Positions 26,013-36,967 of a stretch of DNA of 64,000 nt are shown one piece after another. A program made the position numbers and the translations under genes. Under the pieces are notes generated by a model that saw only the letters and a program-made list of their open reading frames with translations, made no database searches and was not told where the DNA came from. This DNA is from Psammoneis japonica. Lineage: Eukaryota. Location of the stretch: positions 1 through 64,000 of the forward strand of contig QPGO01000047.1 of assembly GCA_008632985.1 (NCBI GenBank). Direction: 5' to 3'. Each line of letters begins with the position of its first letter. Within the stretch, counting starts at the first letter, position 1.

Positions 26013-28172
26013 TTAAATTTCAGCCACCGCGCCATCGACGAGAGTTGCGGTAGGATCAGCCACAAGAGTTGCCGCAACCGCCGCCGCCGCAGCTGTCTGT
26101 TCGTCCGTTGGTGGCACCATATTCTCAACACCATCCACCTTGACACCGGCTGCATCCACTACTGCAGCTGCCGCAGCAACAGCATCTTCCGCAACCTGGC
26201 TTGTGTTGGGAACCTCGACGTCCTTGGGTGCATTATCGATGAGCACAGTTGTCGAAGCATCGGGTGGCGGAGGAGGAATCTTTGCCTTGACCTCGGCTTG
26301 CGTCGGTTCCATAAAAATGTGTGGATATCCTTGATCCTGTAATGGCCGTTCTTCACCCAATCGAAACCGCGCTGCTCGGCACGAGAATGCATACGCGCAT
26401 ACTTTTCCCTCACCTTGACGTGAATGCCGAGCTCCTTGGCCACGGTAATCCAATTGACCTTCTGGTTGTGTTCTTTGGCGATCGCATTGTACTTCGTCCA
26501 CAGATTCTTGGAATGGGTGACAATTTGATGAAGGTCTGAAGCTGTGGATACCACAATGCAAGAGCGAGCCTTCTTTTTACTAGGTGCCGTTTCCGGTGGT
26601 GGCACGGCAATTCCAGACGCAGCTACGGCCGCGTTGGCTGCAGCCTTGGCAGCGGCGGCGCCCCGAGTGATTTCAATTGGAACTCGATTGGATGCAACGA
26701 GCTCAGCGGCCCTCCGCAGAGCAGCCTCTTTCTGTTCTTGTGCGAACTTTTCACGCTGTAGCCGAATCTCGAGCTTCTTCTGGCGCCGTTCCTCCCTCGT
26801 GGCCTCTCGGGCAGCGCGTTCCGATGCCTTTCGTACAGCTGTTGCCTCGCGCTCACGAGCCTTTTGTTCACGACGTTCCATGGACACCCTGCGCTGCTCT
26901 CGCTTCACGGTGAGCCTTCTCTCAGCTTCCAAGCCTTCTCGGCGTCTTTAGCCATTTTGTGGGCTTTAGACACTTCGGCAGCCTGCTTTTTTGACAGCTT
27001 TCCCGATGTGGAGTCAGCGGCCACTTGAGCAGCTGCTGCAGCCGCCGCCGCAGCTGCCGTAGTGTCCATCCCCGCACTCAAGTACGGTGAGAGATTCACG
27101 ATGCCGCCAGTGGGAGACACCGTGATACCGGCCGCAGCAGCCGCTGCAGCCGTTGCGGCATCCACTCCCACTTGATCCGTGAACAAATTGTCTACTTCAT
27201 CCGGCGCTGGACCATGAACATTGTAAAGGGAAGCAAACCTCTCCACTTGTGCGACAATGTAGGACTTGTCAAAGTCATCTTGAATACCCAGGATGCCCCA
27301 GAAGTCAGGAACCGATAGGCTTGGAGAAGCAACTTCCGACGATACGCCATCTTTTGGTGACGGGGGACACGAGAGTCGGCATAGGAGCTGTGGGGACAAC
27401 AGTCCCTTTGTGTACGATTTGTATTCCAGGAACTTTGCATCTGTAGCGTCCACGAGAGCTGCATTCTCTGCAGCCCAATCTTTACAGAGAAGCTTCAACC
27501 ATTCGGACGGTTTCTTAGTCACCTGCCGCATCTAGCAAAGATAAAAACAAGAGAACCGATGGTTAGCACTAAACACACATCACAGAAACTCGTTGACTCT
27601 AGAAATTCACTCTCCCAGCTAGTAGAGAATAATCAAAACCCCTTCAGTTCCGGAAGGAATTCTTGGTTAGTACTGAGCACATCACAGAAACTCGTTGACT
27701 CTAGAGAATAACACTCCCAGCTAGCTAGAGTAGAATAGATCCCCTCAGTTCCAATCCAAATAGGAATTCTTGAAACTCAATTGCGAAAAAAGAGGAGTGA
27801 CGTCGCAAGGAAACCCGGATATTTGTGTACATTTCTACGTAACATACGGAGATCGGACATCTCCGTAGGAATTTCATACACAGCTACGCCAAAAAAATAG
27901 CACGCACAAACAACACGAGAACTCTTCATTCCAGTTGTCACCCCTCGCCCTCCGTAGAATCTACGGAGTTTCTCGTATACCTCGAAGAAACGAAAAGGAA
28001 TGCATCGCAACACGACCGGAGTGGAATCTTCGAGGCGACCCTCATGGGTTCCGTTGCGTCGTTTGATGGAACTCACCTCGATCTTTTCGTTCTTGGATGG
28101 CTCATGATCAAAGAAATCGCCCGGACTCGGCACGACATCATGCATTTCCGCAACAACGCTTTCTTCCGCCAT
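26013..28172 (-). CDS. Hypothetical nuclear protein: Ala-rich linkers, charged coiled coil, possible helix-turn-helix-like C-domain; intron 27532-28076; two probable error frameshifts
   Basis: ORFs 28172 (exon 1), 26905-27531, 26159-26932 and the 26013 tail join with single-base additions at ~26948 and ~26328. Contains VNWITVAKELGIHVKVREKYARM. Confidence 0.7.
27561..27772. repeat. Intronic ~104-bp tandem duplication
   Basis: ggttag.act...cacatcacagaaactcgttgactctaga...ctcccagctag...ccctcagttcc...ggaattcttg occurs twice, starting at 27561 and 27665. Confidence 0.85.
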
Positions 28173-28836
28173 CTCTGAAGCGGCCGCTGACTGGCTGGTG
28201 ATGAAAGAATGTGCGTTGTGACACGAAAAGTGCTCATGACGTCCGTCGCCGCTGCCTCACGTAAGCTTCTACGCAAGTCAAGTACTGGTGTAGCTTTCGT
28301 ACTGATGCCTACGACCTCGCTTTTTCATTGAAATTTGAAATTGTAGCTCTAACAATGACAAACGAACCATGCCTACTAGATAAGAACAAAGTTTCTATAT
28401 CTCATAAACCATAGATTTTCCCTAGAGTAGCTTATAACTTCGTTATCGACGGCGGTTGCTGCGAGCTCGAAGAACTTATGGGACCACGGGAATATCTCCT
28501 CTAGTAGAGTGGCTCTGAGTCATTGTCTACACAAATGCTCTATCAACCAATTCAGCAGTCTCCTGCTGCGCTCTAACATTCGCCTCTGGCTGTGCACAAA
28601 TGAATCGCTGAATCGAAGCAAAAGACAATTCAAAGAGCAACGAAATCCAGCTCTTCTTCCAACGTGCTGTTTCTATACCATACTGGACGTACTGGACAAT
28701 CCATTTTTGTGATTTCGCCATCGCATCATGGTTCTCGTGTAGCATGTGCGTGACTATAGATAACTCGAATCGTTCCATGAAATAGGCTTCCACGGATTAG
28801 CTTCGAATATGAACGACTTCATGTAGCATCATCTGT

Positions 28837-29878
28837 TCAACGAAACAGCGACCTGCCGGAGAAACGTCCTCTGGAATGTGTGCTTTGGCTCTCTATTATA
28901 CATTTCGCCTTACCTGGTAGGCTTTTGTTTGGGCGATGAAGATGAGGTTGTGCTCGTTGTTGGAAGCGAATGATAATACTCTGCCGGCTGAATCCCCAAA
29001 CGCTCGCAGGCTTGCTTCCAAATCTCGTCCGACGATAGAGACGTGTCCTCTGGCATCAAGCCAAAATGCACAGGATGGACCCATTCGCCTTGGTTGGTGT
29101 GGATCAGACCAGTGTTTTCATCCAAGACTTGATTGGCGTCCCATTCCTCGTATGCAAATTCCAAACTGTTGCGGGCAACATTTTCCGACAGTTCGTCTCT
29201 CCCCGTCCAGATGGTTTCCTTGATGCGGTTGCTGTATGCCTTGTGACTTGGAATCGGGTGAACCGTGACGGCCGGGTCAAACCGGAGTGTTGTTTCCTTA
29301 TCAGACGTTGTCGTTGTGGACGACTTTTGTATTCTAGCTCCTTCTTTTTCACAACTCGCAGAGGTGGCAGTCTCATATGTATTGATACTGTTTATGGCAT
29401 CGTCGTTCAAGAGCACCGTGTAAGATGGTCCCCATGACGACTCACTTACACTCGGGGGAGGATTGGCCATGGCTAAGTCGGATCCTCCCGCTGTACCTGT
29501 TGTAACCCGCTGCTGTTTTTGAATCCCAAGGTTTCGCAAGAGCCTTGTTCGCACTTCATCCGCGTCTCGACCAGACGATGCTTGCGGTTGCTGTCGTTCT
29601 TGTTGCTGCTTCGATGCAATTTCGTCTCGCCTTTTTTCATCGTCAGCCTCGATTTCCTGCTCTTGGTTTGTCTCAATGGCTTCTTCATCAGCATTTTCTC
29701 CTCCTGGCAATAAGGACGACGACGAAGACAAGGAAAATTCCAAGAGCTCACGAAGCGAGCGGATCGAGTCACCTCGGAGGGAACGAAATGAGTCGCTGTC
29801 GTCCACTCCGAGAGAACGATTTCTGCCCAGTTGGCCAGGATGGATTAGCAATTCTTCTTCTGGAAGGAGCTCGTTCAT
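28837..29878 (-). CDS. Hypothetical protein (low-complexity N-terminus, RF..V.V.PIPSH..YS..I...IW...NV.RN..EF..E.W domain); short last exon; possible upstream exon
   Basis: 322-aa ORF ends at an AG|GTAAG donor, and an acceptor at 28853 gives RSLFR*. ATG 29878 is preceded by an intron-like acceptor. Confidence 0.7.
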
Positions 29879-29999
29879 CTATGAGGTTACTATTTCTGCT
29901 CTCTTCTTTTTCCCTCGAAATTTCTATATACAATGCTCGACCGCCACAACGCTGCAATGAAATACAGTAATGAAACCTTGAGTGTCGTACCGTGGGAAC

Positions 30000-30049
30000 C
30001 CGGACACAAAAGTACCTATCTTTTCCGGACACAAAAGTACCTATCTTTT
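30000..30049 (+). repeat. Perfect 25-bp tandem duplication
   Basis: ccggacacaaaagtacctatctttt x2. Confidence 0.9.
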
Positions 30050-30297
30050 TATTCGCGTTGCTCCTGTGCTGTCCGCTTTACTTTGATTGGCGGGCGAGAG
30101 TCACTACTAGCTAGCTAGAGCTACTCTAGAGTAGAGTTCTACCTAGTAGTAGAGCATAGATAGATCAATACGCTTATCGAGTACAGTCGAACTAAGTCAA
30201 CAAATTTCAAAGTACTTAATGTCTGTCCAACATCTGACAACAAGGCGAGAGAGCGACTTGCGCTCACGTTTGTACACGCTCCCTCTACGTTCTAGCC

Positions 30298-31416
30298 CTA
30301 GTTGCTGAGCATCATGGGGTAGTCCGTGTATCCAGCAGCCTCCTTGGTGTAGAACAAATCGGGCTTGGGTTCGTTGAGCTCGGCACCGACGCGCACCCTC
30401 TCTGAGTAATCGGGATTGGCGAGAAAGTTGGTGCCGAATGCGACGGCATCAAAACTTCCATCAGACACACCCTTCTCCGCTTCTTCGGCTTGGTATCCCA
30501 TGTTGACGAACAACGTGTTCTTGAAAGTCTCACGAGCAGGGGTAATTACATCACCAGACTGGACACCAAAGAAATCGGCACGCATGAGATGAAGATAGGC
30601 CAAGTCAAACTCGTTGCAGATCTTGGAGATGTGCCTAGTTTCTTCTTGAGCAAACTCCTCGGTACCGCGACTCATGTCTTGGTAAGAATTGAAGGGCGAG
30701 ATACGGAGTCCAACGCGATCACTACCCACTTCTTCTACAACAGCCTCGACAACATCACGGAGAAACTGGCTGCGAGTTTCTAGAGAAGTTCCAGCGTAGC
30801 GTCCGGATTCGCGCTTGTTGGACTTTTCGCAAAGAAACTGATCGATAAGATAGCCGTTTGCACCGTGAATCTCGACGCCGTCAAATCCAGCGTCCTTAAC
30901 CGCACGCTTAGCGGCGCGCTTGAAGTCCTGGACAATCTCTTTGGCTTCATCATCGGTTAAAGCATGGGGCGGCATGGTGTAAGGTTGCTTCTCGTCGGTC
31001 GGATTGAACTCGGGGTTGCAGGTGTGAGTGAGAGCAATCGCACTTGCAGAGACGTTGTCCTTCCCGTCGTTGTTGAGGGGATGAGCCGCCCTTCCACCGT
31101 GAGCAATCTGGCAAAAGATACGGCCACCCGCTTCGTGAACAGAATCCACAATCTTTTTCCAACCGGCGGCCTGCTCATCGTTTGCGATTGCACCTTCCGT
31201 ATGGAAAGTGATTGCGTCTTGCTTAATACTGGTGAACTCAGTGATGATAAGACCAGCATAAGGAGCACGCTGAGTGTAGTACTCCTTCATAAGGTCGTTC
31301 GGGACGTTCGTGTCGAGGTCGGCACGGCAACGAGTGAGTGGCGCCATGATAAAACGGTTGGGCAGAGTCATGGAGCCCAGCTTGACCGGAGTGAACATTT
31401 TCTCGATTGCGACCAT
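30298..31416 (-). CDS. Old yellow enzyme family NADH:flavin oxidoreductase (alkene reductase/OPR-like)
   Basis: NRFIMAPLTRCRA, YYTQRA, QIAHGGR, AGFDGVEIHGANGYLIDQFL, VGLRISP, FLANPD and GYTDYP. Confidence 0.95.
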   Translation of the reverse strand: MVAIEKMFTPVKLGSMTLPNRFIMAPLTRCRADLDTNVPNDLMKEYYTQRAPYAGLIITEFTSIKQDAITFHTEGAIANDEQAAGWKKIVDSVHEAGGRIFCQIAHGGRAAHPLNNDGKDNVSASAIALTHTCNPEFNPTDEKQPYTMPPHALTDDEAKEIVQDFKRAAKRAVKDAGFDGVEIHGANGYLIDQFLCEKSNKRESGRYAGTSLETRSQFLRDVVEAVVEEVGSDRVGLRISPFNSYQDMSRGTEEFAQEETRHISKICNEFDLAYLHLMRADFFGVQSGDVITPARETFKNTLFVNMGYQAEEAEKGVSDGSFDAVAFGTNFLANPDYSERVRVGAELNEPKPDLFYTKEAAGYTDYPMMLSN

Positions 31417-31983
31417 GGTTAAGATTAGTACAAGAACCCTGCGTCTCTCCCTCTCTGTTTCAGTGTAAAGATTCGATTCTCTCTCGGGACAAGAAAGCCG
31501 CCACGTCGATTGAAAGCGATCATCTGGCTGGATCCGGGCAATAATCGGGCGGAGCGGCACCTCATTTTTTGGAACAACGAAATGCTTCCACGCAGTTCCA
31601 AGAAGCAAATCGAAATGTACGCAAATGTCCTCGTAAAACCACAGTACTCGTTTGGCTCAGAACCTACAGGACTACGATCACATTATTTTACTCTCTACTC
31701 TCTCTACTCTCTAGAGAGTAGAGTAGTAGAGAGCTACTCTAGCTCTAGAGTAGAGAGTAGGTAGAGCTAGAGTAGAGAGTGGGGAGGCTTTGGTGAACGC
31801 TAAGATATCTTTCCTAATTACTACGAATACGAACAACATGCACGAGTACCGTACGACTGTAGACAAGACTAATCAGTATTTACGGGTTGCTTAGATCTAT
31901 TGTACTGTAACGCGTAGCTTGAGAACTTCTAATGCCGCAGACGCATGCTGTGAATGTGAATTCTGTTCATACTGTAGATTGAG

Positions 31984-33490
31984 TTACGATGTCATCGTGT
32001 TAAACTTGGTCACCATGAATTTCTTGCGGGGACTGCGATAGGCGTTTTCCGCAGGAGTTGAGTAATTCGACCGCTGCATCGTGTGTGTCTGCCTCATGCG
32101 TTTGCACTCTTTGGATCCAAATGTGTTGTAGTAGCTCGCAGACTTCAAGCCGGAGAGCACCGTGTCCAAATCCCTGGCTAGCTGATCAACTAAAGGATCA
32201 GATTTGAGGCCCTCGATGTCAGCCTGCTGGGATATAACTAGCTCTTTGCACTGCTGAATCTTGGTCCTTGCCGTAGAGAGATTGCCGTTGCTTGAGAGTT
32301 GATCTGCTGAATCGATTTCATGCGTACAGTGAATACGAAGCCATTGAGCCACAACGTGAGGGTCTGGCTGAGACACTTCTTTACCAGTGGGCCTTGCGAT
32401 TGAGCACCTTATGCGATTGCCGAGAACAGGTCGCTTTGCAAGAGTGTCGGTGTACAAAGGCTAGCGTAGACGTGTGGAATCGGATTTGGTCCAATATCAC
32501 CCTGCGGAGTCGCAAGAGTTACGTCAAGGAGAATATCACGACTCTCCTCGGCATAAAAGTCGCCCACCGTGACTGCAAACGAGCCATCGTCCCTCTTGAT
32601 GGCACTTTCATGATGGACTTTGGCGATTTCGACACCAAGATTCGCCGCTTCTGCACCGACACCAATGTTAAGGACGGTGTTCTGGGCGACAACAGAAAGG
32701 ATCCCTCCGAGAGCATCACCAAATGCAGTGGAAACATTCGAGTCGTTCTCTACAAAGTAATATGTGCCACCAGAATTACCTCGGACACAGCTGTCAATAA
32801 GGATTCGTCGTGGTCCTTGCCATATCCAAAACAGTGAATGGTAGGAGAACTCCCATCGTCCATTGCGTCTTTGAAACACCCTTTCGAGATTTCGACAATA
32901 CCAGCTGCGTCACTCACGCCACGATTGGCGTGTCCGTCGGTAAGAAGAAAGACACTACGAACTTCATTGGGATTTTCAATCGCGCGTAATTCTTGAGCAG
33001 CCATCCCAATAGCGGCAGAAATGTTCGTACATCCTCTAGTCCTCAAGCTCTTCACCTTGCTGAGAGCCATGGCCTTGTTCGTCTCGTTCAGCTTCATGGT
33101 GGGAATCTCGATTTTTGCTTCATCCGAAAACGTTACGAGTCCAAAGCGGTCGCGGGCGAGCAATTGTCGGATAAGAAGCTCAAGCGTCGCTTTGCATAGC
33201 TGTAGTTTGTCGCCAGTCATAGATGCCGATAGGTCTAGAGCGACAATAATATCAACGGGAGCTCTCTGTGTCTCATCGTCAGGAAGATCGATTGCACGAA
33301 TTGCAGCACAGATTTGAGTCGTGCTCATACCGCTTTCGACTCCAATCACACCATGACGGGGTGTCAAAACGAGCTTCAACGCTTGTTTCTGATGACCACC
33401 AAATGCTGCAACAGTTGCTTCCTCTGTATCCATGATATGCACGAAGGAGTCATCGTCACTGTCCAATGCGGCTGTGTTATTGTTTGCCAT
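31984..33490 (-). CDS. von Willebrand factor type A domain protein; two probable error frameshifts (~32780, ~32458)
   Basis: MIDAS LDLSASM, GCTNISAAI, LLTDGHAN, TIHCFGYGKDHD, GGTYYFVE and AFGDALGGILSVVAQN. Confidence 0.85.
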
Positions 33491-33958
33491 TGTTAAGGTC
33501 TGTATCGTGCTGCTATTTTGAAGAATTGTGGCATGACACGAGTGACGACTGCCGGAACTGGAAGGATGCTATCGACCCTTTCATCATGTGTTCCGAGTTG
33601 CTTCCGAGTCGTGCGTGTGATGATGGCGTACGTTACGTACGTACGTTTGTCCCCTTATGTCTGCCTGCCTCCCGTGCCTACTGTAATGGACCCCCAAACG
33701 ATAGAAAGCATGCAGAATGACGGGACCAGATACTGCAACTTGTAGCTTCCATTCGTCCCAGCCTCTCATCAGCTTCAGCAGCACGATTCAATCACCAGTG
33801 CTGCCTCTGAATGACATGTGTGTGCGCTCAGTAAACTGGCCAAGCGTTCGTTGAAGAAGTTCAACCCACCGACTGAGAAGTTGCTCTTGCTAATCTGCCT
33901 CATGCTTCGGCAAACATCTTCCTCGTTCCCAGTCGTCTTACGATGTACACTCATAGAT

Positions 33959-34619
33959 TTATTCCAGTCTTGGCCAGTAAATGGACTCCTTCCCGACTAG
34001 GTTCAAAAATCCATAGTAATCGAGGCTTTCCGTTTCTTGATAGACTTTTTCAATACTTGCAGCTGTGATTTTGTCGCCGTTTGCATCCGCCAGAGAGAAA
34101 AAGACCACAGCAAGCGCATCAGTGTCACGGCTTCTTTGTCCATCAACTTGTTGAGCTGTGGCCGCAAAGAGGTGGGCAACGGCCCAGTTGGATGGTGTCG
34201 ATTGTACAAACCCCGTTGCTCGAGTTCATTCATGTACAGGGCCGTTTCTGCTCCCTTGTTGACAATGGCAGTCTTGGCTAAAGATTTACTGTCGTCGACT
34301 CCATAGGGCTTTAGTGGCCACTGGAATTCCAATTTGTTATTGACAATGTCGGTAAACTCTGCAAGAGAGACCGAGGATGTTTCCGTCGACAAGCCCAACT
34401 CGCTCTTGAGGTATTCCAGAGGCAGCTGACACGAGGAGCCAGGCGGCGCTTGGCGACCAAAACACTCTCGCCCCGCCAGAGATCCATATGCCTTGATGAC
34501 TTGCATTATCGGAACGGGCGTCTCCACGAGCGCAATCGAATGGTAGGAGGAGAGAAGCACAGCGAAGATATTAGCGCCACATGCTGAAACAAACTCGCAG
34601 CTGCATTTGGTACAATCAT
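33959..34619 (-). CDS. Hypothetical protein, possibly organelle-targeted; frameshifted
   Basis: Fragments MIVPN..., then FQWPLKPYG...TAIVNKGAETALYMNELEQRGLYN..PTGPLPTSLRPQLN, then DYYGFLNLVG..IYWP*. Confidence 0.6.
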
Positions 34620-35043
34620 TCTTGTCTTGTTACTTGTTCTGGTTGGATTCAGTTGAATGTATAACGAGCAACGACCTTTCAGCGACACAACGCAATAGTA
34701 AGTACATACAACAAGCAACAGCATCAAAGCTGACATGCCACTCCATGCAATGCATCATCGCATCGATCGACGCAACCAAAACGAAAAGGGGGGCAAATCC
34801 GACGCACGCCTAAAAGCGATAAAAGCCAAAATATCGAAATTTATCACAACGGACGAACTTGTGTTAAGTATCTTTTTATAGAATGCTTCAGACTTTAATA
34901 ACTATAAGAATCACGGAATCTTCCCTTCTGCTTCCCAACACTCTCTCACGATCAACTTGTCACAACCGCATCATCATCTTGCTTCACCGCAAACACCGTA
35001 TCTTCATCGTTGTGTTGTCTCCGATCCTCTCCTCTTCCTAACC

Positions 35044-36525
35044 ATGAGCAACAAATTCCAGAAGCAGCTATTTGATCAGTTTGATTGTGCCTGTTCGGCG
35101 CTGCTGCTCAATTGCGGTCAATTTGGCTGCTGTATTGCCAACGTGCCCGAGTTCGAATACGGGATTGGGGATTGCCGTCAGTGGATGACCCACCTCACGT
35201 CCGTCAAGCCCAATGCGGTGCTCCGTGACCTCGTAATACCTGGTACGCATGATTCTGGAAGCTATTCCTTTCCCAAGGCTCGTCCCTTTTCGGCCGTGAG
35301 CAAGACGCAAAACTGTAATCTGTATGAGCAGCTTCAACGCGGCGTGCGTTATCTAGATCTTCGAGTGGCCGGCAAGGGCGATGGCGTTCAAGATGTACAC
35401 ATTTTCCATGGATTCATGGCGGGCTGCACATTTACAAAGGCGCTCGATGACATTTGCAAATTCATGGAGGAGAATCCTAATGAGTTTGTGTTTTTGCACG
35501 TGGTGCAAGAGTATGGCCAGTCCTTTACGCCGGAGCAACGCATCCACACGTTTGACTTGCTCCAAACGACCTTTGGCGACAAGCTGTACCAAGACAAGGA
35601 CTTTTCGAAACTCATTACCGGCATGTCCTTGAGTGACATAAGCAACAGTTCCACGAGATGCGTTGTCTTGCTTCACAACCGCATCCTCAAGGACTTTACT
35701 CTCAATGATGTCGAGTACAATGAAGAACACATTCTAGGAACGTACGGATACTTCCTTAGCTCGCGGTACATGTTTGACAAGTGGCACAACACTCGTGAGG
35801 TAGACCAGCTTCTCGAATGGAATATTGACGAGGTTCAACGCCACGGCAACAATCGTGGAAAACTCCTTTGCAATCAAGTCTTGCTTACCCCCGGTGTCGG
35901 TGGAGCGGGTGACATTATGGGGTTGTTGATTGGAAAAAAGAGTTTGAGACCCATTACCTTTGCATCCGCCTTGTACAAGCGCGACGCCTTGGACAATTTC
36001 TTTCGTCAGCACGCGGACAAAAAGTGGAACATTCTCAAGCTGGACTTTTGCGACCTCATTCCGGCAGCCATGAGTTTTCTCATTGCGCTCAACTTTCCCA
36101 CACAGCTCACGGTACTCACGGCAGCCGTGTCGGCGCGCGGCAGTGACACGTCCATTGATGTGACGGACAAGATTCGAAACTATGTCAAGCGAGAGTGCGT
36201 GCTGTACCTGACCAATGTGGAGGATGATTTGGGATTGGATTTTGTGGAAGGAACCTTGACCATTGCCTACCGCCTTGGCAATGCTCATGATATTTTCGAG
36301 GTTGAATTTGACGAAGGGACAGAGATTGTTTTGGGTGAGTATACCCATAATGACGGTGCAGCCCTTGTCCACGTGGATCAGACAACGACCCGAGATGCAT
36401 CTTCCAACGGAGAAAGCGTTTTCTACCAAGGAAGGATTCTGCCAAAAGACGAGTTTGCGGCAATGTCAAAGACTGGAAACGCGCTTGGAATCTCAAACAG
36501 TGGAACAAATTTTACAATCCTTTAG
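35044..36525 (+). CDS. PI-PLC X-domain (PLCXD-like) phosphodiesterase
   Basis: WM..L....LRDLVIPGTHDSGSY, QLQRGVRYLDLRV, HIFHG and FMEENPNEFV. Confidence 0.9.
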   Translation: MSNKFQKQLFDQFDCACSALLLNCGQFGCCIANVPEFEYGIGDCRQWMTHLTSVKPNAVLRDLVIPGTHDSGSYSFPKARPFSAVSKTQNCNLYEQLQRGVRYLDLRVAGKGDGVQDVHIFHGFMAGCTFTKALDDICKFMEENPNEFVFLHVVQEYGQSFTPEQRIHTFDLLQTTFGDKLYQDKDFSKLITGMSLSDISNSSTRCVVLLHNRILKDFTLNDVEYNEEHILGTYGYFLSSRYMFDKWHNTREVDQLLEWNIDEVQRHGNNRGKLLCNQVLLTPGVGGAGDIMGLLIGKKSLRPITFASALYKRDALDNFFRQHADKKWNILKLDFCDLIPAAMSFLIALNFPTQLTVLTAAVSARGSDTSIDVTDKIRNYVKRECVLYLTNVEDDLGLDFVEGTLTIAYRLGNAHDIFEVEFDEGTEIVLGEYTHNDGAALVHVDQTTTRDASSNGESVFYQGRILPKDEFAAMSKTGNALGISNSGTNFTIL

Positions 36526-36967
36526 AGGCGGAAAGAAGTCAGATTCTCTACTAGCTACAGTCTGCACAAACGTAAACTCCATGATATTTGTTGGAGCATA
36601 TCGGTATTTTGTGGAGCTCTAGAGCTCGTTTCAGACGTGTGAAGATACTACATATTCATTCAATCGGTCCTGTAGATGTCTATAAAAAGTTTGTGACATC
36701 TTTCGTCATATTGATTCCTTTGGTTCTGTAGATGTTTATATCATTTTTTGTCACATATTCTCCTATTCATTCCGTTGAATACTTCATGTTCAGTGTTTCT
36801 GACTTTCCCAAATTTTTGCTAACGGTGTGCGTTGACCGAGACCGTTGGACCGTTGGGAAAGAAATTTGAAACTCGTCCTCACATTTTTCTCACGATTTGC
36901 TCATTTTTTCTTTTCACGACACACTGAAAAAGAAAAAAAAGTGGACATTGCGTTACCCATCGTCAAG

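Noticed and set aside
28527..28793. 88-aa minus-strand ORF downstream of the 28837-29878 gene
   Set aside because: No recognisable motif, and the predicted splice of the upstream gene terminates before it. It may be UTR.
19495..36525. Lipid/oxylipin gene cluster (DGAT2, OYE/OPR-like, PI-PLC-X)
   Set aside because: The genes are interspersed with unrelated housekeeping genes, and there is no evidence of co-regulation.
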